In this document: positions 31,098 to 32,000 of the stretch, piece by piece
How the letters are laid out: every line of letters starts with the position of its first letter
Numbering within the stretch: the stretch's first letter is position 1
From: Acutalibacteraceae bacterium
GTDB taxonomy: Bacteria > Bacillota > Clostridia > Oscillospirales > Acutalibacteraceae
Reading direction: 5' to 3'
Assembly (NCBI GenBank): GCA_045533625.1
Contig: JAZSID010000032.1
Span: forward strand, 17,311-49,310
Length of the DNA: 32,000 nucleotides
The notes under the pieces: generated by a model
Databases searched by the model: none
The model's input: the letters and a program-made list of their open reading frames with translations, nothing else
What the model was told of the DNA's origin: nothing
Program-made: the position numbers and the translations under genes

Positions 31098-32000
31098 TTA
31101 TTTGGGTCTTGCCCTTGAATAGGTTTTTCCGTTCTGGAGAGTATAGCCTCTGATTTCAAAAAGCTCGGACACAGTTACAAACTTATAACCCTTTGCCATA
31201 AGATCGGGAATAAGCTTTTCAACCGTTTCAGCCGTTGCAGGATAAAGATCGTGCATAAGGATAATTGCTCCGTCAGAAACGGTATTCATTATCGCATCGT
31301 AATTTTTCTTCGCATCCCTGTTTTTCCAGTCCTTTGAATCAACCGACCACATAATTAACGGATACTGAATGCTTTTTTTCACCGTATCATTATATCCGCC
31401 CTCAGGAGGACGCATAAGCTTTACCGGTACACCCGTAACTGCCGAAATTGCATCGGTAGATTTTTTCATCTCTTCTTGCATTTGAGCAACTGTGAGCTTG
31501 GTCAGATTTTTATGTGACCAAGTGTGTGAGCCAATCTCACAACCCATATTATGTGCTCTTTTTACAACACTTTTACAGCTGCCTACTCTATTTCCTACAA
31601 CAAAAAAAGTTGCTTTTGCGCCGTGCTTTTCAAGGGTATTAAGAATTCTTGCAGTAACGGCAGAATGCGGACCGTCATCAAAAGTGAGAGCAACCAGCTT
31701 CTGACCGTTGGAAGTATCAGGACCTCTTGTCGGCGTTTCAGTTTTAGTTACCTGAGTTTTTGCCTCAGTTGTCGTTTCAGTCGTAGTCGTCGTTGTTGTG
31801 GTGGTAGTTGTTGTAGTAGTAGTTGTTGTCGTTGTTGTAGTTTCAGCAGTTGATTGTGTCGTTGTCTGAGACGTTGAAGATGTTGTATCATCCTTTTCCG
31901 TCACAGTATCAACCGGCTTTGTTTGTACGCAACCCGAAAGTACCAGAAAACATATACAAAGCACTATACTTAACGCTCTTTTTGAAAGCGATCGGTTCAT
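31098..32000 (-). CDS. polysaccharide deacetylase (NodB homology domain) lipoprotein with a Ser/Thr-rich linker
   Basis: 300 aa. The ATG is exactly at the window edge. Lipobox LVLSGC, 21 consecutive Thr, and NodB motifs LVALTFDDGP, HTWSH and ILMHD. Confidence 0.88.
   Translation of the reverse strand: MNRSLSKRALSIVLCICFLVLSGCVQTKPVDTVTEKDDTTSSTSQTTTQSTAETTTTTTTTTTTTTTTTTTTTTETTTEAKTQVTKTETPTRGPDTSNGQKLVALTFDDGPHSAVTARILNTLEKHGAKATFFVVGNRVGSCKSVVKRAHNMGCEIGSHTWSHKNLTKLTVAQMQEEMKKSTDAISAVTGVPVKLMRPPEGGYNDTVKKSIQYPLIMWSVDSKDWKNRDAKKNYDAIMNTVSDGAIILMHDLYPATAETVEKLIPDLMAKGYKFVTVSELFEIRGYTLQNGKTYSRARPK

Overview
The window reads as chromosomal DNA from a low-GC, spore-forming Firmicute. A Clostridia/Oscillospiraceae-like origin is inferred from gpr, spoVAE, the gene content and strong GGAGG-type ribosome-binding sites. 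I support 37 protein-coding genes at high coding density. Two are absent from the supplied ORF track: a sugar-binding lipoprotein truncated at 1..1149(-) and a 55-aa membrane peptide at 30061..30228(+). Six starts are re-called. I found no rRNA, tRNA, CRISPR array, transposase, integrase or phage gene.

Recognisable content:
- malQ followed by a sugar-binding protein gene
- cysK and pncB
- a tightly packed recA-recX-rimO-pgsA-fba string
- rpmB, a TagF-like gene, a yfcE-like gene, gpr, rpsT and a solitary spoVAE
- an amino-acid ABC transporter
- a cell-envelope cluster (secreted PHP-domain protein, a possible permuted papain-fold protein, polysaccharide deacetylase)

Best candidates for undescribed biology:
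1. A four-gene operon at 4304..6789(-): zinc-ribbon membrane protein, DUF5685 protein, a J-like/TPR protein with a 14-cysteine C-terminal string, and a polytopic membrane protein.
2. A 268-bp element bounded by 21-bp inverted repeats. It sits exactly between the recA promoter/LexA box and the recA Shine-Dalgarno sequence.
3. A GC-rich cluster of hairpins in the 454-bp gap between spoVAE and the ABC operon. It hand-folds into a roughly 90-nt three-way junction and shares GTAGGG/CCCTAC termini with the recA element.

All family calls come from reading motifs by eye. No searches or folding programs were run.
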